DNA of 64,000 bases from Chrysomallon squamiferum (Eukaryota > Animalia > Mollusca). Under the pieces are notes generated by a model that was given only the letters and a program-made list of their open reading frames with translations, did no database searches and was not told the origin of the DNA. A program made the translations under genes and the position numbers. Positions 1-12,985 of this stretch are shown one piece after another (position 1 is the stretch's first letter; every line of letters starts with the position of its first letter). Where the stretch lies: the NCBI GenBank assembly GCA_012295275.1, contig CM022676.1, positions 17,112,001-17,176,000 of the forward strand, in the 5' to 3' direction.

Positions 1-77
<77 letters not shown>

Positions 78-2060
78 TACATGTACATAAGCACAGCCAC
101 ATATACACACAGAAGAAGATGCACTCAAATGCACGTTCGCAGATTACAAATAACACACCAAAGAAACAAAATTATGAACCTTCTTTCAGTCTACGACATA
201 TGAAAATAGTTCCAATAACAAGAAGAGTTAAGACGAGTGTCCCTGATCCAGATCCAACAGCCACTGCTATCACATTTTCATTACATACTTCATCTGAAAA
301 CAACACTTGTTAAACTGAGTAAAGAAATACTATAGAAAAGTATTAGAATTTGAGACGTGTACACTGTAAGAAAATATAGACTAAATGGGTACATATTATG
401 CCGCAGTAAATACACAGAAATAAAGCTTACAAAATATGATAGAAAAAAGGAAGGAACAAAAATAAAGGAGCTATAAAAGTGGTGCAAGATTCAACATTTG
501 TATGAGTCGCCTTATTTCGTCATGGTTAATGTCTGCAACCAAGTAATTAACAATACATCACTTTTGTACAGAGTTCCTCTGTACGCTGTTCTCTGTGCGG
601 TGGCTGGGGTTAAAAGATTGATTCAGTGTATTTTGTACAAGTATATCAAACATTTTTCCTTGTCACGTCTCAATGGAGGTTACGCGCAACAGTCCCTTGT
701 TCGAGTTGGTGACTCGTGAATTATATAGAACCAAATAGAGGTCCAACACGAACCAAAAAACTGTTTTTGACTGGACCCTTAAAAAGTCGACATCGAACTT
801 TCTGATTCACTATCGTCTAACAGTAAGAATCCGTGAACAAAATTTAATAATAATTAAAACAAAACTACATGACTGCACCTTCCAGTATTCTTCCTTATCA
901 GTTTTACAATCCAGAAGCGAATTGTTGGACAGGCAGGATGTCCGAAGACGGTAATAAAAAATGAGGAACGTATTTTGTGAGTCGAATGCTTGATTTAAAA
1001 ACATGTCAAATGCTTTCTAAAAACAAATATTCTGTGTAACGCGAACCTCACATTGAAAGCGAATTCTTCCCTTAATTCTACCAAGAGAGTGATAAAATCT
1101 CGAGATTTGGCTGGACTTGATAATAACGAAACCATTTATAATTTGTCTCCTTAAGATGTAACATCAGTGAAGAGATTTAACATCGATAGAACAACGAACT
1201 CATTCCAATGAATACACTGATATCAGGTCAGTGTATCTCAGTGACTTGTTCAACTCTACATTCGGAAGGTGACTTTTGTCCTCTGTGGCCAATTAAACGA
1301 TGAAACCAAAGCATGGAAATATGAAACAAAGTAAATATAATAACGTGAATGTGCTACATGGAAAGTTGAGAAAAAGGATCAACTGAGCCTCAGACATTTA
1401 ATTCTTCCAAGAAAAATAACACTGAGTCCTCTGGAGGAAGACATGGATGCAACATATTTGAATGTTTCAGAGAAGAAAAAAAAAAGAAACACAAAGCAAC
1501 AGCAAGAACATCCAAACAGAAGTAAAAATTGAAAATAACAGCCGTATTTTCATCTAATGAATAATTCAGTCACTGAGTGAAATTGCTTTGATAATTTGAG
1601 TCTTAAAGTTGTTAAAATGAGTTATTTGACACTGTGTAAACGGCTGCCAACATAAAATAAAAAATAAGTTTCCAGTTAGAAAAAAAAAGACATGCAACTG
1701 TTTCCAGTCTAACAAGACAAAGCAAATAAAATGATATGATGCACAGCTGTACTAAGTTACATTTTACCTCATTATTAATACACGTACCTGCTGTCAAAAT
1801 ATCCTCTTATCTGTGAAACCTTTAACTCCGTATTTGTTGTAAGCCAGATTAATAGACAAATGCAAAGTAAAAACTTCAGAAACAACTGTGTAATAATTGA
1901 CAATGTCTTTTCAAGTAGATCAGTTTGAAACTACAACTTGAAGGATTCCAAAGTCTGTGATTTGAATGTGTGTTAAACTGTAAAACCCCAAAGCAGATAT
2001 TTCCTTTATAATCGATGTAGCGTGTTCAAGTCTGTGAGTAATAACATCTGTTAATTTGTA
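1..2060 (+). repeat. Segmental duplicate of ~48290-51021
   Basis: Collinear from the (CT)n tract through the TM exon and intron to the Ig relic. Copy A lacks ~385 bp covering most of the FN3 exon and part of the adjacent intron. Confidence 0.88.
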
Positions 2061-3674
2061 CCATGTAAATGTAGATGCTGTATTCACAATTACGTAAACT
2101 TTCAGAGTTATGCTGGTACACATTGAAAATCTGGCAGTATATGTTTGTATAAACTGATCTGTGAATAATGGATGTGTGAAGTGATGCATGATTGGTGTAT
2201 CTTTTGTTCACCTGTAGAAGCAGCTGTTTCCGAATGAATGGATGTTCTCCTCTCTAAAACTTCTGTTGCGTAAAATAGTTGTTGCAGCCGATGTGCCAGA
2301 CTCCATAAGCAAATATGATTTAATAATAATAATCCGTAACTGTGTTCGTGTCTGTTTTTGAAAATATACATTTATAAACTTGTGTGTATGTATGTATATG
2401 CAGAGAGATAACGTGAAAGAAGGACAAAGGGAAATATACATAAATAAATTAGATGCATTACATCTTGAGCCAGATGCATATAACAGAGTTGACGTTATTG
2501 TTGTTGCTGCCTCTGTTACGTTAATCTTATTAGCCTGTGTTTGTAACCCTGAAAAATACATATACGTACACACATGTGTACATACATATAGTAAGCAGCA
2601 CGATGACAACATCACTTACATTTACTGTAACTACTACTATTCTACTATTAATTTTTTAAATTTAATTTAGTATTTCTTTGACTGCTAAATGCAGTTGCAG
2701 TCGACCACCCATTATGTTCTCTGGTACACTGTGCTAACATAATGAAAGTGATGGAGGGAACAATGTGGTAATTTCTATCGGATCCAATAGGAAGGTGGCT
2801 CGTTGTCCCTCACTGCATTTGAAAACAATAAAAATACAACACTGAAATCAGTGTTCTTTAATAGATAATTGATTACTAGTATTACTTTTCTTCTGCGTAT
2901 ATATTAAGTGCTGTATCTGATATAAGAAGAATGCGTGTAAAGAAAGAACAGAAGACAGACAGAAGTCTCATTAAGATGCACATGTTCTATTTCAGGAGAA
3001 AGACCCGAAGTCAGGTGATTATGTGATTATTAAATATGCCTAAAGCGGAGAACTTTTCACTACATCAGTGTAACGACATCACAAACAAAGTTGACGAAGT
3101 GGACAATGTAGTCAAATTTCTGAGAAAATCTCCCAGCACACTAAGTCATGTGCAATTACTGAGTCTGACAAGGAAATAATTAGCTCAGTCGAGTGTGTTT
3201 CCTAAGTCTGATGTGGAAACTACTAAAATGCAGAAGGGAATCGTAGAGTTGAGTGTCAGTTATGACGGGTTTAATTGTGATAGATTCAGTATTAGTTTGG
3301 AACTCGGAAACTGCAGTGAAACCATGGACACTAAGTTAATACCACGCAGTGTATTTGAAAAGACTAAGCATAAAGGTATCTGTGTTGAAAATGCACTTCG
3401 ACCATTAGTTTATACAGTAGGTGCATCTGCGATGAAATTTATAAAGAAATATTTTTTGAAAAATGCATTAGTCTTGTTTCTAGCTATTTTCACTGGCTGA
3501 GATGATGGCTCATAGGATGGCTCATTGCTCCCTTACCCTGTCGCATATGTGTACCTCATAAAAATCTTGATTGCGACAACCTATCAAACTCTTTATTGTA
3601 ATCTAAAGTGATAATGTATCAACAGCTATGATGTGGACAAATATCTTAAAATTGGCTACTTAGTCTCCATTTAA

Positions 3675-3718
<44 letters not shown>

Positions 3719-5820
3719 CTTACGTGTTGGTGTAATGGAGTTACTCTTACTGTCTTCAGTGCTACATGTCCATGGCTTATAGTCGTTGACAGAAAATGAA
3801 GATACAGTCAAACTGTAACTGGTTAAATAACGTGTACCTGTGTATAAAGTTCTCTTTCTTGTTTGTACAATTTTACATCTGTAGTTATCTGTCGACTCTC
3901 TGTGTGTTTCACATGTTAGTGTTTTATATTTACATGTACAAATTTTCTCATCACCTCGTTTAAATGTGATATCTTCTTTAAAAATATTTCTCATAACAGA
4001 ACAAATCAGTGTGAAAGTTTGATTGATGACAGCCCTCCCGGAATACACTGATAAACCAGGATTTGTAGCTGAAAATAAAATAATAATAGCAATAATAATA
4101 ATAATAATAATAATAATATCACCTCCAACAACTACTAAGCTAACAATAATAACAACGACAAGGAAACGCCAACAGCAATACTAATAGCAATAAGAACAGC
4201 AACAAAATAGTAATAAGAATAATAATAACAAAAGCAATAACAAAAGTGCTGTTTGTGTACATACATACAGATGTATGTATCAAATGTTGTTGTTCTTTTT
4301 TATAATTGTAAGATAATATTACTTAAATTATCGTTGTCGTTTTGTGTGCACATGCTTGTGTATGTGAGTAAATGTTTTCTTTTGTCTTTTTTTTTTTTTT
4401 TTTTTGGGGGGGTTGTTTAGTTTTTTGACGGTAATGATAAATATGTTATTACATATTACACCAACTTGTGGTTCACTCCACACATCAAGTTGATCAGATC
4501 CACAAAACCAGACTCCAGTGTCATCTTCAGTTGTGTGGTACTTATAAACTGAATAGTCTTTATACTCGCTATTAGAATTGTTTGTCTGTGCTGCACATCT
4601 ACAAATGTAACTTTGTGTACTGTTACAGTTACACGTGTCTCCTCTCTGTACACAGTCACACACTGTGGTGTTATCAGTTTGTGTTTTATGTACAAACTTT
4701 ATATCAGAATTCAGATTCTGTGACTCGCGTGCACGACACGTAATAAACATCATTTCACCTTTTAGTACAGGTATCACGTTCAGTAATCCAAACTTTACTC
4801 CTAGAAATGATACAAAAAAACATTAATTTTTATTTCCAAATAATTAATTCATTAAATGAGTTGGTGTTGTTGTAATAAAACTTCTCAGATTTAGTTTAGT
4901 CACTATCGTTGTTATTATCACTAATCGTAGCTGTGTTAGATTGATAATGATACTACTGTTATTACAACTACTGTTACTACCAATGCGATTACTAATACTT
5001 CTATCACTACTAATTATTATTAGTACTACCTCTATGAGTACTACTACTATTACTACTACCACAAGAACTACTACTGCTATCACTGCTGATTATGCTACTA
5101 TTTTTGCTATTACTCCTTTTCTACTACTAGTAATAATGATACTCCTCCTAATACATACTATTCACACAAACACTAAAACCAGTTCTTCTGCTACTATAAC
5201 CTCCACTGTTATTTCTGATACAATTATTATCAGTGGTTTATTCTATATTTACTTCTATAATTACTACTGCTACTACCACGTCTTTTTCTTCTTCTTCTTC
5301 CTATGTTTCTTCCACTTCTTCTATTATATTACTGCCACTACTATAGCTACTAGTACCACTACTATTACCAGTACTATTACCAGTACTACCACTATTGCTA
5401 TTACTACTATCACTACAACTACTTCTTTTACCCCTGTTATAGCCATTATTGTGTTTTTAATTATTAGTTTTAAATATTCCACATTTACTGCAACTGTTAC
5501 AGTTGCTGCTGTTGCTACTTGTGTTACTGGCGCTAGTTGTATGATTACCAGTAACAGTATAACAATATATCTATTACTGCTGTTGTTTTAACTATTGCTA
5601 CTATAACGACTACTACACTCCCTCATTCTATTACTATTACAACGACCACTACTACTGACACTAACACAACAACTGCATTTTCTAAAAACTATTTGCTTAA
5701 GAAGAAGAAGAAAAGAAGAACAACTACATGAAATTAGTTTAGCTTTAACTTACCAGTACTCGAGTGCAGAATGAGAAAACTTATAGGAAAAATACAGAAA
5801 ATAAAAACGTCTGTCCGCAT
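180..5820 (-). CDS. Receptor copy A: signal peptide - Cys-rich Ig - Cys-rich Ig - Thr-rich stalk - [dead Ig, truncated FN3] - TM (tail off-window); functional status uncertain
   Basis: Signal exon 5754-5820 MRTDVFIFCIFPISFLILHSSTG|gtaagt; Ig exon 4453-4800 (ITC..VCDC..C.C..C.C..DDTGVWFC); Ig exon 3724-4068 (TLIC..CTC..C..C..DYKPWTC); stalk exon 2462-2548 (LQTQANKINVTEAATTITSTLLYASGSR); TM 180-293. All junctions are phase 1. Decayed exons lie at ~3150-3426 (TAA 3410-3412), ~1874-2158 and 1788-1846. Linkage of the 5' exons to the TM exon is inferred. Confidence 0.65.
1874..2158 (-). pseudogene. Decayed third Ig-domain exon (paralogue ~50845-51021)
   Basis: TSITLKVYVIVNTASTFTWYKL...YSLTHIQITDFGILQVVVSN*ST*KDIV: retains the Ig C-strand FTWYK and a DFGxYxVxVxN-like motif, with stops. 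The first TGA is shared with copy D. Confidence 0.6.
4910..5680. repeat. (ACT/ATT)-rich low-complexity intronic tract
   Basis: Degenerate trinucleotide repeats; the source of spurious ORF 4941-5591. Confidence 0.8.
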
Positions 5821-6539
5821 GTTTGAATTATTTCAGTGGGAAATCTGAAATAACAACAATAATAATTGTAATAATAATGATAATAATAATAATAATACTT
5901 AAAATAATAGTAATAATAATAACACTAAACTAATAATAATAATAATCATAATCATAATAAAAATAAGAACCATAACAACAACAACAACAACAACAACAAC
6001 AATAATAATAATAATAATACAAACGTCACTAGAAATAGAAATAACAATAACTATAAAATCGATTCAGTCAGAAAAAGAAATAATGAACTATTCAAAAACT
6101 GACTTGTCAAATGTTCTTCCTTATCAACTCTGCAGTCTTCCTCTTAGAGCAGCCAGTGAAATTTCTGCAAAGCTTTCCTCGAACAAGGAAGTCAGTCTAC
6201 TTATGTATTTCAACAAGCTGCATTGTTTCAAAAAGGAAACAGGTTATAAAGTACTTGCTGTTGTTCACGTGAATATGCGTTGAACACTTAGCATAACATA
6301 TTCTCAAATAAACTTTGTCAGAGAGAATTTCGCTTGGAATACCTAATATAAGTGTGTGTCTGTATGTGTGTCGTTGTGTGTGTCTCCGAATGTTTGTGTC
6401 TGAGTGTGTCTCTAAGTGTGTTTGTGTCTGTGTGTGTGTGTTCTGTATTAAGACAAAGTTATTATATATTTTTTAAACTAATTAAATCAGAGAATTTATG
6501 TTGAAAGCCCTTCTGATATTGTACAGGGAGGTTTATTGT

Positions 6540-6595
6540 GCGTATATATGTATATATGTATATGTGTGTGTGTGTTTGAGTGTATGTGTGTATAT

Positions 6596-6640
<45 letters not shown>

Positions 6641-6643
6641 TAC

Positions 6644-6698
<55 letters not shown>

Positions 6699-6775
6699 TA
6701 TACATATATGTATATATGTGTGTGTGTGTGTGTGTATATGTGTGTGTGTATGTTTCTATATGTATTTGAATATAT
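6540..6775. repeat. Compound (TA)n/(TG)n microsatellite; one of many (TAA)n, (GA)n, (CA)n tracts (e.g. 1-76, 16700-16763, 25952-26043, 27800-27930, 38605-38725, 48288-48366, 61440-61533, 61647-61731)
   Basis: Directly visible simple repeats. Confidence 0.95.
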
Positions 6776-7903
6776 GTGATTTAAAATACACTTAGAAAGG
6801 ATCAAAGCATACGTTTCTGCTCTGTTAACAATGATTAAAATCCAAACATTTACTACAAAAAGAAATCACAATTTCAAAAATAGAACTGTTCATGATAATA
6901 ACAGTTATTATTTAGTGGGCGTGTTATATAGGGTATGTAACAGACTGGTATCAGGTATGTGTATTATTGTAAAATATGAGTGTAATGAGTGGAAATTTCT
7001 CAAAACCCGCGGTGCACGAGGAAATGTACCAGATTTATTGTTGTTTTATTAACCATTTCTATTTCTATATATGTAGGTAAAGCTATAAAATAAATTATTT
7101 TCAAATTCTTCTTAGGTGGGAAATTAAGCAACGATGTTAGAGGCAGGCGCCCACTGGCGGGAAACTGCCAATATATTACGGAACACGGACAATGGAATTT
7201 AAACAGAAAGTTTTTACAAAAGTAACCGAATTAACGTGTTTTGTTTCGTAAGAAGAAATTACATTGAGGTACTGTTATCTTTTCTTTCTTTCTTTTCGCT
7301 TAATTTTAGATCTTAGGTTTTTTCAGCTTTATGTTTTTTTTTTCCTATTTTGTTTTTTATATATTTTAATATTTTTGTTTCGTCTTAGTAACAGTATTGT
7401 TTTTTCATACATTATTTTTAACTGTGTCTTCCTTTCTTCGTTCTTCTGTCGTTCTCAAAAATTCAGGTTGAGGATACTCTACCCGAAATCCATGTGACCT
7501 GAAGTTCTGAATATTCCGGATATGAGAATAGAACCAGAGAAAAGGATTTAAATCAAAACACAGATTAAGTTTAATGTTCATAAACAGCAAAAACAGAGAG
7601 TTCTCGGGGTATTTTATATGTAATAAAGATTGTGTGAACTAAACCAGCTGAGAACTTTGAGTTTCAACATTTCGTTTAATCGTCTAAAGTTCAAGATTTC
7701 AGAATTTCAGAGAACTGATTCTCAAAATGTAAATATAATTTGCTGTTTAGTTCCTGTGAATACTGAAAATCTGTTCTTTTTTATTTGTGTGTGTTTTTTT
7801 TTTTTTTTAATTACTTCTTAAATATTCATTTATGTAACGATTTATTTGAATGATTTCATGTTTTGTATGTATGTATGCCCATATGTATTTTATTTAATTA
7901 CAG

Positions 7904-10040
7904 ATGGCTCGTTCAGCAGTGTTTGTTGTTGCCATAGTAACAGTTTCTATTTCATCTTGCTGGAGTCAAACGCCATTTAAATGTAAGTACTTGATCAACT
8001 CACGTTTTCTAATCTCCTGTTTCTTTATTTATTTATTTTTATAATTTAGTACAAAATGTCAAAAACGCACCCACCCAGTTATGTTATACCCACCCATCTA
8101 CAGAAGCGCGCGCACACACGGTCGCAAGCATATACTTAGGTTATATATTTAAAATAATAAATCTTCACAGATTATCCATTATTTAAATTGTTTATCTGTT
8201 GTTGTTTTGTTTGTTTGTTTGTTTGTTTGTTGATGTGTCGTTTGTTCTTTTTTATTATTATTTTTATTTATCTGTTGTTTGTTTGTTTATTTATTTTATT
8301 TATCTGTTGTTTTGGTTTGAACAACACGTGCTCGCGACGTTCTGACTGCATGATCGGCGCTAACACGCAACATCCCGACTGCACCGACTGCACCCCGTTT
8401 GTCGTTTGCTTCAAAGGAAACTACGCTGTCGTCAGCTGTCCTGCGACTTCTCTTGACGACGTTTACTACGACGTCACCACCGGCAGATGTGTCAGCAAGG
8501 AGAAGGCAAACTGTGGGTGAGTCATTACTGTACTGACTTTTTAATTAATTTCTCTGTAAACATAAAAGTTTATTGTTTACATTTTCGTTGTTGTTGTTGT
8601 TGTTGTTGTTGAAGTAGTCGTTTTAGTGTTTATTGCTGTTGTAAGAAAATAGAGGCATCACAGAAATCACAAAATAGGTTGTATGCTAAACTTTTTATTT
8701 CGTCTCTTAGGACACAGACAGATGCAGAGAAGATGATTTCTGCAGATCTGAGAAAAGCGAAGAAATCTTCGATAACTCTACCTGATGGATCCGAATACAA
8801 GTTCTCCTACTTTTCCCCGGACCAGTCCATTCAACCTTTGGAAAGTAAGGCGAATGAAAATGACGTCACAACAAATGAAGGTATCAATAATGAAAATTAT
8901 ATTACAAATAACTCGATAAATATCAGAATGACATCACCAATAGTTCGACTGAAAGTGATGTCACGAGCTACAAGAATGAAAATGACGTCACAAGTAGCCC
9001 CACTCAAAATGATGTCACGAGTAGCCTTAATGAAAATGACTCCACAAACAACTTAAATGATGATTACGTCACAAGTAAGCCGACTGAAAAATCCTCAGGT
9101 TACGATAAGGTAAATGACGTCAGAGGTAAACAGAACGAAAAAGAAATACCCACTAACCAGAATAAAAATAATGATATAAATACTCCACACTAAAATGACG
9201 ACACCAATAGCTACAGTACATATGACGTCACTGACAGTCCGATTAGAAGTAGTACGACTTCATCCAGCACAACTCCGCCTCGACGTGAGATCAACCCAGC
9301 CTCCATGCTGACTTCTGACATAAACAATTACTTTGATAACTTACAAGAGAAACAGTTTTCTTTTCCTCGTTTTGACAGCGCTCAGCCAATCAAGTTTGAG
9401 ACGTTTTCTCAGCATCGTGTACCGCTTTACTTTGGCGGGAAACCGGTTGGTTTTAACTACAAGGATAATGACGACCTGATGTCCGCTATAAAACTTCCCA
9501 GCAAAGACGTCAGTCACAACGATCTGAACGACATGCATAAGCAATTGAGTGAAGATTTGTTGTCGATGGGACACCCTTTCGTAAAATATTTTTTTCAATT
9601 TCCAAGAGAGTCAGCAATCAATTTCAGAATTCGAACATCTAGAAATGAATTCTCAGATACCCGGTCAAGTTCCTTTCGATTTAGATGAAGCTATGCCAGA
9701 GCATGTGGTTCTTTACAACAACGACAACAGCACCGATTCATCAAGTAATGGAAATGCAGTCAGTACATCCTCAAACAAAACAATCGCTGACAAATAACTA
9801 ACATCTTCTACTCCGTATACGGCTAATAAACATTCAGCAACAGCAACCGAGATGCAGCGTCAGCTGCATTTACGATGATCAACGACTACACGGTCTGTAT
9901 CAGCACTGCGTCACGCGCATCATGTACGTCCTCTGTAACCGTGGAAACGCGAGTTACCATTGTGTCCTATTTTAAGAGAGTGGAATGACAACAAGAAACA
10001 GTGCGTACTCTTTTCCTCCACCTGTCGGCATTCCATGACA
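7904..10040 (+). pseudogene. Secreted chitin-binding protein pseudogene (ChtBD2/peritrophin-A-like, Asn/Thr/Ser/Asp-rich repeat, second ChtBD2-like domain)
   Basis: Signal exon 7904-7982 MARSAVFVVAIVTVSISSCWSQTPFK|gtaagt. Cys-rich exon ~8324-8516 (CSRRSDC..HPDCTDCTPFVVC..VSCP..YYDVTTGRCV..ANC) has no AG acceptor. The long exon from 8711 has frameshifts (~8920, ~9595, ~9845, ~9960) and stops (~9191, ~9795). C-terminal domain reads RCSVSC..GLYQHC..MYVLCNRG../CP..REWNDNKKQCV..SSTC. Confidence 0.75.
8850..9240 (+). repeat. Coding ~27-bp (9-aa) tandem repeat, consensus about ENDVTSSxx
   Basis: Recurrent gaaaatgacgtcacaa / aatgatgtcacgag units: ENDVTTNEG, QNDITNSST, ESDVTSYKN, ENDVTSSPT, QNDVTSSLN, ENDSTNNLN, DDYVTSKPT. 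Confidence 0.7.
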
Positions 10041-10232
10041 ATGGGCGATCTTCCAGAGATAACTTCATTACACTGCTGTGTCAGTGTATGCATGCGCGTT
10101 TGATAACATATAAAAAACAAATAAAAATGTATTGCATGATAAACATCAAACCTTTTCAGTTTCTACTGACATTGTCCAGAGTGATTTTTGTTGTTGTTGT
10201 TTTGATTTTTTTTGTTTTTATATTTGTACATG

Positions 10233-10273
<41 letters not shown>

Positions 10274-12171
10274 GTGATCATCATTTGAGCGACTCCCATC
10301 TTTAGCCATGAACTTTTGGACCGACTTATCTAAAACCTATTTATCGATGTGAGCTATAACGTATAAATAAACACCAAATTAAAAGTAAGTTGCTAATAAA
10401 AATAAATCAATAAATACAAAAAAAAATCGTAATGCAAATTAGTATACATAATAACAGAGCTGACAATTATGTAGAGTTCTTTGAAAATTCATTAGCAATA
10501 CAATCTGACGGATAATTATAAAAGTCTTGACAATAGAGGATTGCGTTGCACAAAATTCCAGATTCTTTTAAACTTTTAACTTGGCGGTATTTTTGTAATC
10601 CATGGCGATTTGGAACAATTAAACAATTCATCAGGGGAAAATGCATTGTTATTTTTAGGCTCAGATAGATACTTACATATCTACATACAACTATATTAAC
10701 TAAATAATTTTAAAAAATAAAATAATAAAAAAAGTGTCATGAAAAGTTTCGATTAATGCGAATACTTATTACAGTTGGTTGGCTGGAGGTGCTTCGCTGC
10801 CTTCTTGTTCATGTTTCTGTTTTACTGAGTTAACTCTTACTATATTACTATAGCTTGAATTAATATTAATAATTAGAAACCTCGGCCCTATTATTAGTCA
10901 ACAAGTATCAACGACAGACAAAGACAAACATGTGTAACGAGAAAATTACATTTATTTACTTTGCAGGTATCAGCAACTTTTTGTTTTTGTTTCTTCTGAA
11001 ATCATTAGTATTAGATCGATTTAAATGCAACGCGACAACCAAAGCGCTCAAACTAGCCCTTAAACTATAACTTCCGCATTCAATAGTTAATATGGGTTGT
11101 CGTCCTTGTATTAGACTGAAATCGAACGTTCCACACTGAGTAACATGGGTATGACTGCGTACATTTTATCAGACGTTAATTTTTATTTTATTGTTTTAAA
11201 AAAAAAAAAAATTGTATATTCATCAGACACACACACACTCACAAAAAGCCACCACAAACAACAACAAACAACTACTTCTACTACTACTACTGCTGCTGCT
11301 GCTGCTACTACTATTAATAATAATAATAATAATAAATAGATAAATAAATAAATAATACAAAATCAATAACTAAAATCATTTCTAACATTTCCGATAATTC
11401 GTAGAAAAAGTGTAGTCATATCTTGATGTCAAAAATTTTGAGTGGTATGTAGTTCATGCTTAGGAAAGAGGAACAACTGCAACAGTAATAACAATAATAA
11501 CAACAACAACAACAGCAACAACAATAATAAAAATAATAATAGTAATAATAATAATAATTGATATATGCTTCCTTTGTTCGTCGCTATCATATTATTGGGT
11601 TATATCATCATAATTGGTTTATCAAGGTCATGCTAGGTACATTCATGAACCTGCAAGGTGCCAGTCAGAGAAGAGTAGTCTGACATTTTGTGGCCGTGGC
11701 TTCCTCTCATTATCTTTTGAACTCATTTATAATATGTGAATATTTCACTGTTACAAGTATTTCTGCCTAAAAATGGACATGGATTTATACATTACGACTA
11801 GTATAACTACATTCTGATCTATATGTATTGTTTTGGTACGTCGAAGTAAATATATTTAACAGTTATATTGCATTTGTGAAAATTAGAAACAGGTGCGCTC
11901 CTTTTTCAGGCTGGTACTCCAATTTCAGGAAATCAGCAGTTCTTCGAGTTTACCAACATGAAAATTATTTCCTTCAATATATATATATATATATGTGTGT
12001 ATATATAAAAAGAGAGAGAGACAGAGAGAGAAAGAGAGCTAGATTGATTGATTGACTGATTGATTGGCTGATTGATTTCATTGTGGCTCATTAACGGCAG
12101 TTCAGTTTGTGTACATTCATTCATCTTCTAATGGTAAGAACATATTTTAAAAATGTGTTCTTCCTTCGCAG

Positions 12172-12480
12172 TTGTTTCACAATTTGTCAGTCTCACAATC
12201 TGTGGCTCTACTGAATCAGTCTTTCATGTTAACTTGCGATGTGACTCAGTATACAAAGCAGAGAGAATTTTTGATGATACCAAATAATACACCACCAGTA
12301 AAGATTGCTTCTGTATTATTGCTTTCAAAACAGTGCTATACAGTTCGCATAACTAAACGATGTGCACAAAAGATAAACGCGGAATGGTCCTAAACTATTC
12401 GATCACTGTGAGAATCAACACGTTGGTAAATAATGACTTCATTAAATGGCGGTTTAATCTCTGGAGGTTTAAGAAAATGA
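12172..12480 (+). pseudogene. Frameshifted Ig-domain exon related to the second Ig of copy A
   Basis: After acceptor ttcgcag: SQSVALLNQSFMLTCDV...KQC / CTKDKRGMVLNYSITVRINTLVNNDFIKW. Resembles AVINQTFTLICSV...TSYSLTVSSFSVNDYKPW (3724-4068). A leader-like remnant broken by microsatellites lies at ~11958-12133. Confidence 0.5.
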
Positions 12481-12604
12481 TCAGTGCATATGATTTTATA
12501 AATTTAAAAAAGTATTTTATCATTATATTATTGCTGGTATTATTATCAGCAGCAGCAGCAATAGCACCATCATTAAATATTGTCATGATCATTGTGATTA
12601 TTAA

Positions 12605-12637
<33 letters not shown>

Positions 12638-12834
12638 CATTGATATTGTTGGTACGGGTAATAACCTATCTACAAACAAATACTAAATAATTATGTCAAT
12701 AAATAAAATAAAATGAAGTAAAAATAAACGTAAACAAGAATGGAATCGCAGCGAAAACGTTTTTCAAATGTCCCCTTTGTGTATAGTGTATGTGTGCGCA
12801 CAAAACATCAAAGTCATATTATTTTTTTATTACT

Positions 12835-12985
12835 ATACATAGTTTAATCACAATTAAAGGGATACAACTAATTACAATATCACTAGACATAGATTAATTA
12901 TAATTTTACTAGACACAGCTTAATCATGATTTTAGTAGATTATAGATTAATCAGAATTTGACTAAGCATACTTTAATCAGCATTA
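12835..12985. repeat. Same 26-bp minisatellite downstream of copy B (fewer units)
   Basis: Units resembling attaatcacaattttactagacatag, about 5-6 copies. Confidence 0.7.

Noticed and set aside
3195-3500. 101-aa plus-strand ORF
   Set aside because: No recognisable domain. It is the antisense shadow of a decayed Ser/Thr-rich stalk exon of copy A.
4941-5591. 216-aa Thr/Ile-rich ORF resembling a mucin or membrane protein
   Set aside because: Translation of a degenerate (ACT)n tract inside an intron of copy A, on the opposite strand and without splice support.
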